Source: Podarcis tiliguerta (taxonomy: Eukaryota). From it: 64,000 bases of DNA. Numbering within the stretch: the first letter of the stretch is position 1; every line of letters starts with the position of its first letter. Positions 1 through 12,330 of this stretch are shown one piece after another. The stretch lies in NCBI GenBank assembly GCA_965153285.1, contig OZ229111.1. The stretch is one strand, 5' to 3'. The notes under the pieces are model-generated. The model did no database searches. It worked only from the letters and a program-made list of their open reading frames with translations, and was not told the DNA's origin. The translations under genes were made by a program, and so were the position numbers.

Positions 1-52
1 GATCGGCAAGTCTTAGGCGCTGAGGTTTTACCCACAGCGCCACCCGCGTCCC
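1..52 (-). mobile_element. 5' (tRNA-derived) head of a Sauria SINE, truncated by the window edge
   Basis: Minus strand reads GGGACGCGGGTGGCGCTGTGGGTAAAACCTCAGCGCCTAAGACTTGCCGATC, closely matching the head of the full copy at 23658-24035. Confidence 0.8.
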
Positions 53-3000
53 TTCTAGTTGGCTACTACACCATCTCAAACTTGTCCTGATTGAAGGCAA
101 GGCCTTATCTTGCCAGACACCCAGATAATTATCTAGGAGCAATTCCATTTCTGGTGCTCAACAATTTTCTTCCCAGAATTGATATTATCTAACATCACAA
201 GTAGAGTTGTGGAGGGGGGGATGGAAAGGGAAGGAAAGTACACTTTCCCCCTTGATTGTTATTTTTTAATTGTCCAACAGAGGAAAAAATGAAATTTTGG
301 GAAACACTGAAAAGCATTCCTTTTTTTTAGAATGAATGAAATGCTGTTAAGATTTTTATTTTTTTGTAAGATAACCTACAGCACTAGAGAATAATAATTA
401 TGGCATATAGAACACTCAAACCCAAGATGCATTTTTCACCTGGCGAGTGCTGCCATCTTCAGGAGAGGAACACACAGGATCTTGATTACAGTACTTGTGA
501 ATTGCTGCTTGCCTTCTTTTGGTGACCTTTGGTCTAATTTGGTGATGCAAGAAACAATATCCTGTTTCTGCTGTCCTTTTGACCTGGCTCTACCCTTGTG
601 GCCAGACTTTCCATGTCTCCCCTCAAATATCTGTGAAAAGACATCCTGATGCAAGATTTTGAAAGGAGCAGCATGTTCCCCTGTCATGTTGGAGGGTAAG
701 AGAAAGAGTCAGAAGATGGGGCTGAAACTGCAGGAGTTCTGGCATGAGTGCCAAAGCATCAGAGGGGAAAGTGAAATTTTATCCAAGATCCAAAGAAGGA
801 AATGAGCTACAATTGGGCATATTTTCAATTTTTGCACATACAAAATCAATACATTCACTTTTAAATTTTATAAATATGCCAAAAAAATACACTCTAACTC
901 TTCCTGGCTTAGGTCATAAATGATACACTTTACGTTATTAAAGCAGTAAAATGAGTTTAAGTTTGAAAAGGAAGTACTGTATTTCTTTTACTTTTCTCCA
1001 AAAACTTCATTTATTTTGTTTCCCTAGAGGGAAAAGATTGGGCCTTCAGAACTTCAACCTTTGTGGACATTTAAAATCTAATCACAAGCATCACTTGTCA
1101 CAACAACAGTGCTTCAATTCGAGGTCATGGAAACCAGAGGATTTTGTTCTTCGTTGTTTCATGGAGTGGAGCAGAGTTCGAAATGAGGGGAGCAGATTCT
1201 ATTCTGCACTACCCACTATGCATATCTGAGATCCCCAGGCACTAAGGCACTGGCAGTTTTATAATATACCCCACCGGGTATTAACCAGCTGCCGATGCAG
1301 CAGTGCAATAAATAATTCATGCAGCTTGGCAAAGAGCCCACACAAAGCCACGAGCACCGGGCACAAAGATGTTAACTTTACTGCCAGGATTTCTGCACTC
1401 AGCATTTGGAAGCGGGGGGGGGGGGGGGAGAGAAGCAGCAGCAGGACGAGGCAATGCTCTTGCTGCAGTTAGGAAAGCCTTAGATTTCCAAGGCTATCAA
1501 GCAGCAATTCTAAATGCTGCAAGCTCCCTGCTCCTACACAAATAATCCTTGATTCTCTCAACACCCCAAACCCCAATGCAAGACAAACGCTGGGGTTATT
1601 TGTACTGATTGCTGGAATTTATTTATTTTTTAAAAAGTCAATCGCAGCAACGAAACAGGCACAGAGGGCCAAACAAGATGCGAGGATAAGTTTGTGGCTG
1701 TTGCCAACAAAACGGCAACTGCACATCTTAACTTGTGCCATGGTGTCACAATGTCCTGGATTTCTCTCCAGTGTCCGTCCCCCACCCCCATGCCAAGAAG
1801 CAGCTGATTAGGTGAATCTAGAATGTTATGAGGTGGAACAAAGTTACATTTCCACATATTACGGAAGGGAAGAGATTCATTGTGCCTGGCTGCCATTTTG
1901 GGCAGCAGCCTCACTTTCCCCCTATCATCCATCTTGTCCATAATTCTAGCTGTTGTATGACCTCATCTCCCCCAACTCTCATTGTCATGGTCACCATGGA
2001 ACCTTTGAAAAGCATCCCTTGGAAGAGGCTCGGCAGCAGCGCCTAAAGCCTGTGGAGTGGGCATTTTCTATTATCTGCCACCCCCACCCTTCACAATTCA
2101 CCACTGCCTTAAAGAATACCCTTTTAAGTTTCTCATGTATTGATTATCACACCGACAGCCACTTTAGAGGCCTGTCGCCAGGCAGAAAAGGTGGGATGCA
2201 AATTTCAATGCAGTAAGCAAGCTTCAGACAAACTCTCCACGAGCCACAATCCACACGCTAGACATACACACCAGGCATGAGCAAGCCACCTGCCCGGGGG
2301 CCGAATCCAGTCTGGCAGGCCTCTGAATCCACCCCCTCCCAGCATTCCCAAGAATACACGCCCCCCTCCAACCAGTCCCATTCCACTTCCTCTACAATCA
2401 TAGTGTGCTTGTTACTGCAGGGTAGAAAGTGATTTCTTTACCCACGGCCAGCTATATTGGGCTGACATCAAGTATGGAAGCTGACTGGGCTAAGGAAGCA
2501 ATGACAGAAACACCATGTTTCATCAGTGTGATATAGCAGACATCGTGATATATCTCTGTGGCTAGCATGCTGCAACTGTGGAGAGTGGGATAGGGTTGGG
2601 GGACACACACACACTGATTCAACTGAGTGAATGAGGTGGGGGGGGAGAATATAAGTGGGAGATACACACGCATGTGTGCGAGAAAGGGAAAATGAATAGT
2701 TTGTGTTGGCCCTGCTGACTTGCAGTGCTGGCCTCTCACCCTCCTTGAATCTTCCTGTGCAGCAGCTACAGTGTAAACTTTCCTGTGCTGCTGTCACATA
2801 TGAAGTTAGGTACCAGAAAGGTGGGTGTAGCTTGTCAGAAATGGCTTGATGGGCCAACCTCCAAGATCTGGGAGGGGTGGTCTAATTATTTCCATGGACT
2901 GGAATTCCTCACCTCTGTTATAGACCATTAGCAGGAAAGGGTGCGCAGAGAGAAAATGGGACCATGGAGCCCCAACCCCCAATAATTTTTATTTTAATAG

Positions 3001-3535
3001 CTGACCCCCACTTTCCTGGAAGAACAAAAAAAGCAAACAAGGAACAAGGCAGATTTCCAGTCCCTGTTTTCCCCTCTACACCAATCATTTATTTAGGCAT
3101 TTGTAAGTTGTTTGCTCTCTGGCAAGGAGGCTTCTACTAGTCATTCTGACAGATCTTCCTTTCATTCTAGCTTTTGTACAATCTGAAAAGCATTCCAGGA
3201 GAACCCTTGCTCAATTCATCCCCAACTGCAAAATGGATTAGAAGCAAAGACAAAATCCCTTCCCTCCTTCTGCTTGGATGATGAATTTGCATACTGCTTG
3301 TTTTGTTTTAATAAAAATTATTCTTTGGGACTTTGTTCTTGATATTTAATTTTTCGTTGTTGTTCCACTGATACTGTGCTCCTTTTCTTACAAGACCTGA
3401 ACACCTAAGATAATCCCGTATATTAAAATTAATTATGCACTTAGGAATTCTGTGTAAATACCATATATCCATTGATCTTGAATTTTATAATTCATACTTC
3501 TCACATGATTCCCCTTGATAATATGGTCAAGCATA

Positions 3536-3536
3536 C

Positions 3537-3569
<33 letters not shown>

Positions 3570-3580
3570 CGTGTGTGTGT
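3536..3580. repeat. Compound (TA)n(TG)n microsatellite
   Basis: Directly visible in the sequence. Confidence 0.9.
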
Positions 3581-3994
3581 CTCCAATCTCTCAGACTTGC
3601 CAGGAATTGTGTATCTAGTGTGTGTCTGAAGGAGGGATGGGATGGCAGCAAACAAGTCTCAAGTCACCACCTTGGTTTCCAGAATTCCAGGCTTATTAAG
3701 AGAATGCAAATATATTCTACACAAGTACTTTTACTGCAACAAAGAATGGAAAAAACTGCCCTTCCTTCCTCCCAAATGTTGGAAAACAGGCAGGACAGGA
3801 GCTCCCCCACCTTCTTCATCTTGCTCTGACTTTCCCCAGGAGAATTCTGGCTTGCTTATGGAAAGTTACACTTTCAGCTGAAACAGATTTTCCATCAGAA
3901 AAGATTCAAATGAAACTAAGGAGTACCCATTTCCCTAGATCCGCCCCCCCACCCAGTGCATCATCCAACATCAACAGTCCCTATTAGTATATGG

Positions 3995-4459
3995 CAGGGG
4001 TCTGCAACCCGCGGCTCCGGAGCCGCATGTGGCTCTTTTACACCTTTGCCGCGGCTCCGGGGCGGATACTAGCGAGGGGAGGAGGCGCATTGTGCGCCCC
4101 AACACTACTCACTGTGGCGGGCGCTGTACTGGCTGCGACGTCGCATGGGGGCGGTGTGTGCGTTAGTCACGCACCGTCCCGACGTCACCTTCCCGCCCGC
4201 CCGCTACATTGTAAGGGGCATGTACGCTGGTCACTGTTTTGAAGGGGAGTGAAGAACACACACACACAAAAAGGTAACTTGTTAATTCAACGTTTATTTC
4301 TATGAGGAGGAGTAATTCTGAGGGGTCAAACAAAGAAATAATAAAAAACAAGTGACAAAAAAGTTATTTTTATAATGACGAGTTTTGCGGCTCCCAGTTT
4401 TTTTTTCTTCGGAAACGGGTCCAAGTGGCTCTTTTTGTCTTAAAGGTTGCAGACCCCTG
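3995..4459. mobile_element. Non-autonomous hAT (Charlie-like) DNA transposon/MITE, 465 bp
   Basis: Perfect 15-bp TIRs CAGGGGTCTGCAACC...GGTTGCAGACCCCTG and a perfect 8-bp TSD GTATATGG (3987-3994, 4460-4467); CpG-rich interior. Confidence 0.9.
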
Positions 4460-7400
4460 GTATATGGGCTGCCAAAGAGAGCAGCACATCGACAGGCACT
4501 ATTCAGAGGCAGAAAGGATCCTTCTATTTCTAGAGAGACTCCTGATAAATATTGCTTTTTTCTTGCCTGGAAAGTCCAAGGTGCTCTCATGCACTTTGGG
4601 GTCAAGGAGGAGCTGCCGGGGGAATATTATCCCTGCAGTCCAGTTCCTTGCCACCGTGGTATTTGGCAGGGCTTGTTTGCGTTCTTTTTAAAGAATGCAG
4701 CAATCCAGCAAGGAAGGCTTCACTGCTTATCTGTGCTTACATGGGATCTGGTCTAGCAACTGCTTGACATATTATGACCGAATAAGACATTAGCGCTCTT
4801 TTCCCTCTCTAGCAGAGAGTGCTGTTTCAGACATCTTTGTACCTAGCCTACCTTTGCAGATACTGTCAGACCATCATAAAGTCCGTTTATGAGACCCTCA
4901 AAGATGTGCCGCAAGGCAGTACAATAAAGGCAGCCTTTGCAGCCTTTATTCTCTTGGCTACTGAAGGGTAGGCTGCTTTTGCCTCCATATTTGGCCCCTC
5001 TTTTCCCCAGCAAAGGATTGCAATCTTGTAGAGAACAGGTACTTGAGCTACTATGAGGAGGAGAGAGATTTCAGGGATCCGCGTCAGCTTGGCACATTTG
5101 CTATGTGTGGCTGACTGCTGGTGTCAGCCTCTGCAAATCTAGGCCAATTCCCATGTTAGCCATTCTCAGGGCCAAAGAAGCACAAGAGACCTCTCTGTTT
5201 GACCCAGCTGGCTTTGTCCTTCCCATAGAAGCTTCCTGTCCGCTTACCCTCTGTGTGCTATCCAGGACACCCAACTATTGCACCAGAGGTCACAAGGAGG
5301 CCAAACTAGGTTGCGTTGAAGAGATACAGAACTGCAGATGAAGGCCCAAACCACCCTGAACAGAGGACAAGCAGCTAAGAGCGAACCCTGCACTACAAAC
5401 ATAGTGGGGACTTGGAGAAAAGTTGATGGCGGCCAATCCACCTAAGATCCTGCCAGCAAGCTCTACATACAAGGGTCACTACAGTTCAGAAGAGATTATA
5501 ATAAATGTTCCCGGGGGGTGGAGGGGGGGAGGGAGACATTCTTGCTATTAGTATCCATAAGCTGAAAGTATAGGAGAAAGCGCTTCTTCGCTTGCAGAAG
5601 GGGTCAAGGAGACTCTAAGCATTGCCAAATGGAATTCGGCTACAACCTGCAGCAGTTGTGGAGAGGAAATGTAAGGAGCATTATTTGCTGAGCAGCTCCA
5701 TCTCTAAAAGCCACAGATTAATGAAGCAGGCTGTACTTTCTCCCACCCCTCTCCCCAACTCTGTCCTGGACGTGGGCCAAATCGGAGAAAGTGACTCAGA
5801 TGCTGGGAACCAAGGGAAATTGTTGCCTTTTGTCCAGCACAGCCTTCAGGAAGATTTGCACTGCAAATTGGAGGAGAGCTAGCTGCGCAGCTGATTCATC
5901 TCTCAACAGGAACCCGGGGTAAGGAACCAGCCACTAAACTTGCACATTAAGAACTATGTCCACGTTATTTTATGGGAGCCACTCGAACCCACCCTTCCTG
6001 GTAGCACCGGGATGCATTTAGTGGAGTTAGAATTGCATCTGCCCTTGTTTGCCATGGGCACCAGTGCATTTAGTATAAGAGAAAGTTCACCTAGGTCCTA
6101 GGGCAAAAGCTGGGAAGAAAGTGGCAGTCTACCTTGTCAGCTCACAGCCTAGACTTTAGGCCAGCAATGGGGGAAACTCCAGTCTACGGACCCAACTATG
6201 CCTGTGAGGCTGCTTTCTTCAGATCACACCCACCTGCCCTACATATGTGATGTGAGGTTGGCAAAGACGTGGCTACAATCAAGAACTCAAAATGTGCTCC
6301 TAGTTGTACCTTGGAGATCAGGTGTCACTACTGCAGCCAGCAGGGCTTACTATCAGCTCTGATCAGAGATGCGCCCCTTTGAATTGATCACCTGATGCCA
6401 TAAAGACAGAACTTGCCTCCTGGTAAAGGTAAAGCTTAAGCTCTGAAATGCAGGCTTTTTGGTTGCCTCCAGCAGCCATTCTGATAAGGCCAAAGTCCTT
6501 ATCTCCTCTAGGTCGTGTCGTTCCCCCCCCCCCCCAAGTGGCCATGATCAAAGACAGCAACCCTTCCCCTCCCCTTCTCCTGCACCTGATTTCCCCTCCC
6601 TGTGAAACATGCTGAGTGGTTCCAGTTGCTTGTGGGACAAGTGCTCTCACCGCCCAGAGACATGAGCATTTGTCTGTTTGCTAACCACATGACTCAAAAG
6701 AATGGGCAAACAAGGTTATGGAATTCAAGGCTCTTGGCTATCTCTGCAAGGGGCTCATACAGGCCTGCAGTCTTTGGTGCTGGCACCCCGGGCATTTCCA
6801 CCAAAGAACTCTGTAATCAGCAACATCTCAGCAAAGGAAAATCAGTGATGGGGCTTAAACTCAAAAAGATGCTGCTGCTCTTGGGAAGAAAAGGATTTGA
6901 GTTTTCTGTATCCAGGTGAGGCAGCCCTCACTGGGCCCTAATTACGGACAGCAAGGAGGGAGAGAATTAGAAAGCACCTCCTGACCACTGTAAAGGCAAC
7001 GCTCACCTTCTTCAAACAAGATTATACTCTTCTGAACCCTGTGTAGGGACAACTGACAACAGGGAATCCTTTCTGGAGCTCAAAGGGCAGGAAGTGGCAA
7101 AAGCCCTAAACAAAGGCAGTGTGTTAATCTCCTTCCAACAGAAACACAGTCACCGTCTCCTCCGGCTGACCCGTATTCCACAATGTGGTGAAAGATTAAC
7201 ATTTTCATGCGTGCGCTAATACAGAGACACTGCAGAAGAAAAGGAATGCATTAGCAACAGAACGAAAAATTCCAGCCACCGAAGCAACAGAAAATGAAGC
7301 AGCCATCAGTCTGGACCATGATGGGCAACATCAGCAGCAGTAAGGAGCATCTGCCTGGTGCTACAGGAGCCAATTTTACTATCCATGTTACAATGGAAAG

Positions 7401-8388
7401 CTGTGGCAATGAGGATAGGTCCTGTTCATAAACAAAAATCGGGTATTCCTGGTTTAATCATTTTAAATTATAGCCTGCAAGTCACTGGGGCCATATTTTT
7501 GTGGAAAGTTTCAGAAATTAACAGGAAGAATTGCTATTGGAGTAGTGCTAGCCCTGGAAACCTGAAAGCTTTTAGCTTTTTACTTGTTAAGGATATGGTT
7601 CTTCCTTACATGTGGAGGGAAAGCAGTTTGGAATCCAGTTTGTCACAGCAGCAAAGTGAATTCCCCTCTGACCAAAAGAAACTGTGACTACCAGCCAATG
7701 GAAAAGAACTCTCCTCTCTACTCTGGAGTCAGCCAAAGTGGAGTTACTCACTAACCAAAGTCCAGGTCTCAGTAAAATCACAGTACCCTAGCAGTACCCT
7801 GTTCTTGATGAAGAACAAATTAAAGCAGACATAAAGGAATCATGCAATAGCTCGCTGCCTCTGGGGACAGGTTAAAAGATGAGAGAACTAACCTCAACTC
7901 TAACCCTGCTTAAATTCACAGTCACTTTACATATGCTTGTATTCAGATCATCCAACATCAGCCAGGGGGGTATTAGCAAAATCAAGCTTAGCATGTATTA
8001 TTTCCTCAGCTACCTCATGCAAATTGTTGTATTTGGTTCAATAGGACGGCCCCCCTTCTCAAACTGGGAGGTTTATGCATTTCCTAGACTGACATAAGGA
8101 ATGCCTTTCAATGTATACCTCTCAAAATAAGTCTTCAACAGGGTCTACAAATGTTAGCAGGTCTTGCAAGCAAGCCACCATTAATGGTCATCACACAAGC
8201 TGCCCTTTTCTCATTGTCCCTTCCCTGAGTTCCTTGGTATGCACAGAAGGTCATAAAGTCCAACTTCATGCTGCGCTTCTGAGGTATTCGGAGAACTCCT
8301 GAAGTACAATATGGAAGACAGAGATTAGAATGGAAGGAATTACTGCTTGGGGAAAAGTGAATGAATTTGTGAGCCCTTCTTCAAAGTA

Positions 8389-8604
8389 CAGTGGTACTTC
8401 AGGTTACATACGCTTCAGGTTACAGACGCTTTAGGTTACAGACTCCGCTAACCCAGAAATAGTACCTTGGGTTAAGAACTTTGCATCAGGATGTGAACAG
8501 AAATTGTGCTCCGGTGGTGCGGCGGCAGCAGGAGGCCCCATTAGCTAAAGTGGTGCTTCAGGTTAAGAATGGGCCTCCGGAACAAATTAAGTACTTAACC
8601 TGAG
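8389..8604 (+). mobile_element. Tc1/mariner (Tigger-like) MITE, 3'-truncated copy
   Basis: TA|CAGTGGTAC left end; body matches the copies at 30679, 36658 and 37476; right TIR missing. Confidence 0.8.
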
Positions 8605-8769
8605 AATATAATATAGAATATAATGATCTCCTAAATTAGATGGTGAAATGTAGCATGCATGGACTAGCTTTCGAAATAATTCATAATAATCCTGATACCC
8701 AGAGTTGGAAACTCATGTGTTCTGGCACAATTTAGGGCTCTTGCTTAACCACAGATCATACCACATTAT

Positions 8770-8827
8770 TTGTTGTTTAGTCGTGTCCGACTCTTCGTGA
8801 CCCCATGGACCAGAGCACGCTAGGCAC
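8770..8827 (-). mobile_element. Bov-B/RTE LINE 3' terminal fragment
   Basis: Minus strand CCATGGGGTCACGAAGAGTCGGACACGACTAAACAACAA is the typical Bov-B 3' end. Confidence 0.75.
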
Positions 8828-9005
8828 ACATTATAGCAACACAGAATATATCAAAGGTTTCTCCTTTGGCCTGCATTTTTTCAACATTATAGACGGGCTG
8901 GCAATATTGAATCTCTTCAGATGGGGAGCCCAAAACTGCCTCCTATTCCTCTTATCCAGTGCACAACTGAATAAATCCAAGTCCAGGGATTGAAGAATGT
9001 AATTA

Positions 9006-9177
9006 CCGTATTTTTCCGTTTATAAGATGCTCCCATATATAAGATGTCCCCTACTTTTGGGGACCCCAAATTTAGAAAATGGGCATATGCACTATCTGTG
9101 TATAAGACGCCCCCCAGATTTTTAACCTTATTTTAAAGTAAAAAAAAACAACTAGTCTTATATATGGAAAAGTACTG
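9006..9177. mobile_element. Tc1/mariner (pogo/Tc2-like) MITE
   Basis: TA|CCGTATTTTTCC...GGAAAAGTACTG|TA imperfect TIRs, TA target sites and internal TATAAGA repeats. Confidence 0.65.
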
Positions 9178-12142
9178 TACTTTGATCAGAACCTCGTCCA
9201 TGAAATGTTGGGCAGGAAAAACTGCTCAGGCTCACTGGGTTCTCAAAGTGCAAAGCACTTCAAAAGTGCACAGGCATAAAGACAAAACTCAGCCCGACCA
9301 AAGGGAATCCTCAGGTAGAAGATATTCAGAACAACATGGAATTGTCAGCCAGTATGAGACCAGGGTTATTGGAAGGGCTAGACACTCAAGAGAGAACCAC
9401 CTGTCTGCACAACAGCAATCGCCTTGGAAAGTTTTAGCCTGGTTTTGCTACTGGGCCACCAAAATGGCTCCCTAAGAACAGAGGCAATCCTAGCAACAAG
9501 AAGTACTTTGTATTCAAGGAAGAGTCTCATCCCTACCTACACAGACACACACACACCAAGACCCCAGCTACTTCTCTCTCTGCCTTATTGCGGGAAGCAT
9601 TACAAAGCTTTGAGCATACTGTACACCATGTACACAGCTCTCTGCATATGCAGGCAAGGTTCTGCACTAAGCATGTATATTCAAAACCTGCATACAGGCA
9701 AGGCCCTTTGTGGGCACATATGCTCACTGTTCTCCCTCTCTATGAATTGCTTAAGCTCCCAGCATCAGTTTTTTCACAGCCCTGGTGTAGCATTACAAAA
9801 TACAGTACCAGGTTTCTGGTTTCAGTTCCAATTAATGGAAGAGACTGAATCAGGTGCAAAGGGCTTAGTTACCCTGCTGGCAGTTTTTAAACTGCCCCAG
9901 ACCCTTGAATTTCAAGCCAACATAGCAGGCTCAATCCTGCATTCATTCACTGCCTGTCCTCCCCCACCCCACCTAAACCTTCCTTTTAACAATTGCTCCC
10001 CACAGCTCTTCAGACGCCCTCAAGCTTACAAAAAAAATAACTGGGAGATCTGGTGGCAGAGGTTTTAAGGGTCATACAGGAAAGGTTCTGCTAGTTCGCA
10101 TTATCTTCCTTCTCTTTTTGTGTACAAGGATTTGGTATGTTTTCTAATGTGAAAACAAATACGTGGGTGAACCTTTGTTAACAAGCAGGTTTTGGGAATG
10201 TGGCATGCACATGGAGGCATGACACGGTCACACTTAAATGACCGGTTTTTCCATTTTAGGAAAAATACTGACAACCTCATACACTGACACAGGTGGGAGT
10301 ATGCAAAATATGTGACATGGGAATTTATTATTGGTGACTGAAAAAAGTTATTAACACTATGTAGATTTGCCCACACCAACATAAATTTTATACTTGTTCT
10401 ATTTTCTCCTTTGTTAGACACTGAGGAAGTAGTAGCTTGGGGATCCCCCTGGACCTGAGGAGCAACAGATAAACAAAAGGAAAGATGAACAGGGTGCTAC
10501 ACACCCTGAAATCCCACTCCCCCCAAAATCCAAGCCACTAGACTCCTAACCAAAGTCTAGTCCTCAAAGCTTTTAAGTGAAGACAGACCATCACTTGACA
10601 TTTCTTCAGAACTAGAATGGCAAATCACTATTTTGTTTCCATGAACATTGGCCTTCTGCATTATAGGCCATTATCTCATGCAGATTCCAAGATCCCTCTG
10701 TACATAAGCAATGCTAAGCCTGACAATGTGCAGAGGACCTGAAATTCAGGTCCAATCAATTTCTCTATAAAGATGAAAAGAAACTAAGAAATAGTTCCAC
10801 AAGATAAAAGGTCTAAACGCAGCCAAACAAGAACCAAAAGCTTGTTCTTTAAGAAGTGAAATTTCTTGATGGAAATCAGAGCCCACTGCTTAACAAGAAA
10901 GGTGACTAATAAGGTCACTTCCTGGCTGATTAAAGTTGTCTTGAGACATGTCACCTGGCCTGCTTACTGGTTAAAAACAACCACATTCTTCTCTGTCCTG
11001 GGCAACTTTTAGATGTTGTGGCGCACAATCCTATGCATATTTATTTGGAAACAAATACTACCATCTTCAACGACATTGTCTTCAATGGTGCTCACTCCCC
11101 AGCAGATCCCCAACCTTTTTCCCGTGGCCTGCCTGAAAATTGCTCGTGGTTTTGAAAGCTAATTAATTATTTTTCTGCCCACTGCAGAAACGGTAATGTG
11201 CTGCGCTAAGTGCTATATTATTTTTTAATTGCATCTTTAATTACCATACATACTGCCATTTTATTATTTTACAATTTGCATTGCATGGAATGAAACTACA
11301 ATACAGGGACATACTCTTTAGCCCCACATTCCAGGAAAAAAAAATTCCTGAAGGGATCTGGTAAAGGAATAGTAAAGCCAAGTTTATCCTGAACGGCCTG
11401 CTTCAGATCAAGAACTGCCTGAACGAAAAGCCTGAAAATATTCTCATGTAGCACTTGCGAAAAGTTGCGTGCAAGTACACAGTAGGAACTGTAGGGACTC
11501 ACAGCTCCTTAGCATAAGTGCAACTCAGTTGGTCCTTACCAGGAACTCTACCCACACCGTGCGGATGCTGCCATAGAGATGTATAACCTTCAATGAGTCC
11601 CTTAAATGCATGGTTTCCTTTATGCTGTACACTTTAGAGGAGCACTTCCAAGCATTTGTTATTTGCATGCATTACGTTCAGACTCTTCTGCCCTTGCTTC
11701 GAAAAAGAAAACAATCCAAGTTAGTTTTAAAGATCCAGGAGTTAAGTTATGCCTCTGACCAAGGCCTAAATGAAAGACGGGTGGAATTACATGCCTCTTT
11801 CCCCCCACCCCACCATTTCTTATTTGTTTTAAATCTCAGGAATGGTGCATCTGAGTTTCTTTTTAATATCCCCTTCCCAGCTGCTTTCACATCTATGCAG
11901 GGAGGGGGGCACTCTTCGTGAAAGACAAACAAATGTTGGGAGGAGGCAGATGCATGTCACTGCCAAATAAAGTTTGGGCCTGAGATAAAAGGGACACTGT
12001 ATACTGCACAGCCATGCAGTATTTTAACTGAGACTCAGAAGGGACCTGAATATTTTGCCTTTCCTCTTCAGGCAGGTAGTAGATGATCTATTGCTGCTGA
12101 CAATTCAGTTTTTCACTGGTCAGCCTCAACAGTACATACATA

Positions 12143-12330
12143 TAGTGAGGTGAGGTGAAAATATTCTCCGGAGAATGTTCTCTGCTAGAAAATTCCCCAG
12201 AGAATATTCTCCACAAACCGCAATTTCTGTGTCGTCTACACAGCTGCTTTAAATGTACAACACCTCATTAATCAAGAATATTCTTGAGAATATTATCCAA
12301 AAGATTATTCTCAATAATTTAACACCACTA
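12143..12330. mobile_element. Degenerate hAT-like MITE with repeated GAATATTC-type palindromes
   Basis: TAGTG...CACTA ends; 8-bp flanks CATACATA/CATGCATG (2 mismatches); repeated GAAnnTTC subterminal motifs. Confidence 0.5.

Noticed and set aside
436-687. 83-aa minus-strand ORF ending at a donor-like CAG|GTGAAA, considered as an alternative PKN1 first exon
   Set aside because: The ATG frame ends in phase 2, whereas PKN1 exon 2 needs phase 0; the phase-0 frame has a stop and no ATG after it. No recognisable homology.
5244-5441. Minus-strand ORF with a GTAAGC donor-like site
   Set aside because: The phase-0 frame is closed by TAG a few codons upstream, and there is no protein similarity.
7001-7110. 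AAG|GTGAGC donor plus an ETS-like motif as an alternative exon
   Set aside because: In-frame TAA six codons upstream; a non-coding exon cannot be supported without transcript data.
9424-10068. 214-aa plus-strand ORF
   Set aside because: No domain motifs, composition typical of intronic DNA, and no splice or promoter support.
440-11270. Scattered GCCATnTT (YY1-like) motifs in PKN1 intron 1
   Set aside because: Too few and irregular to distinguish from chance; not a tandem array.
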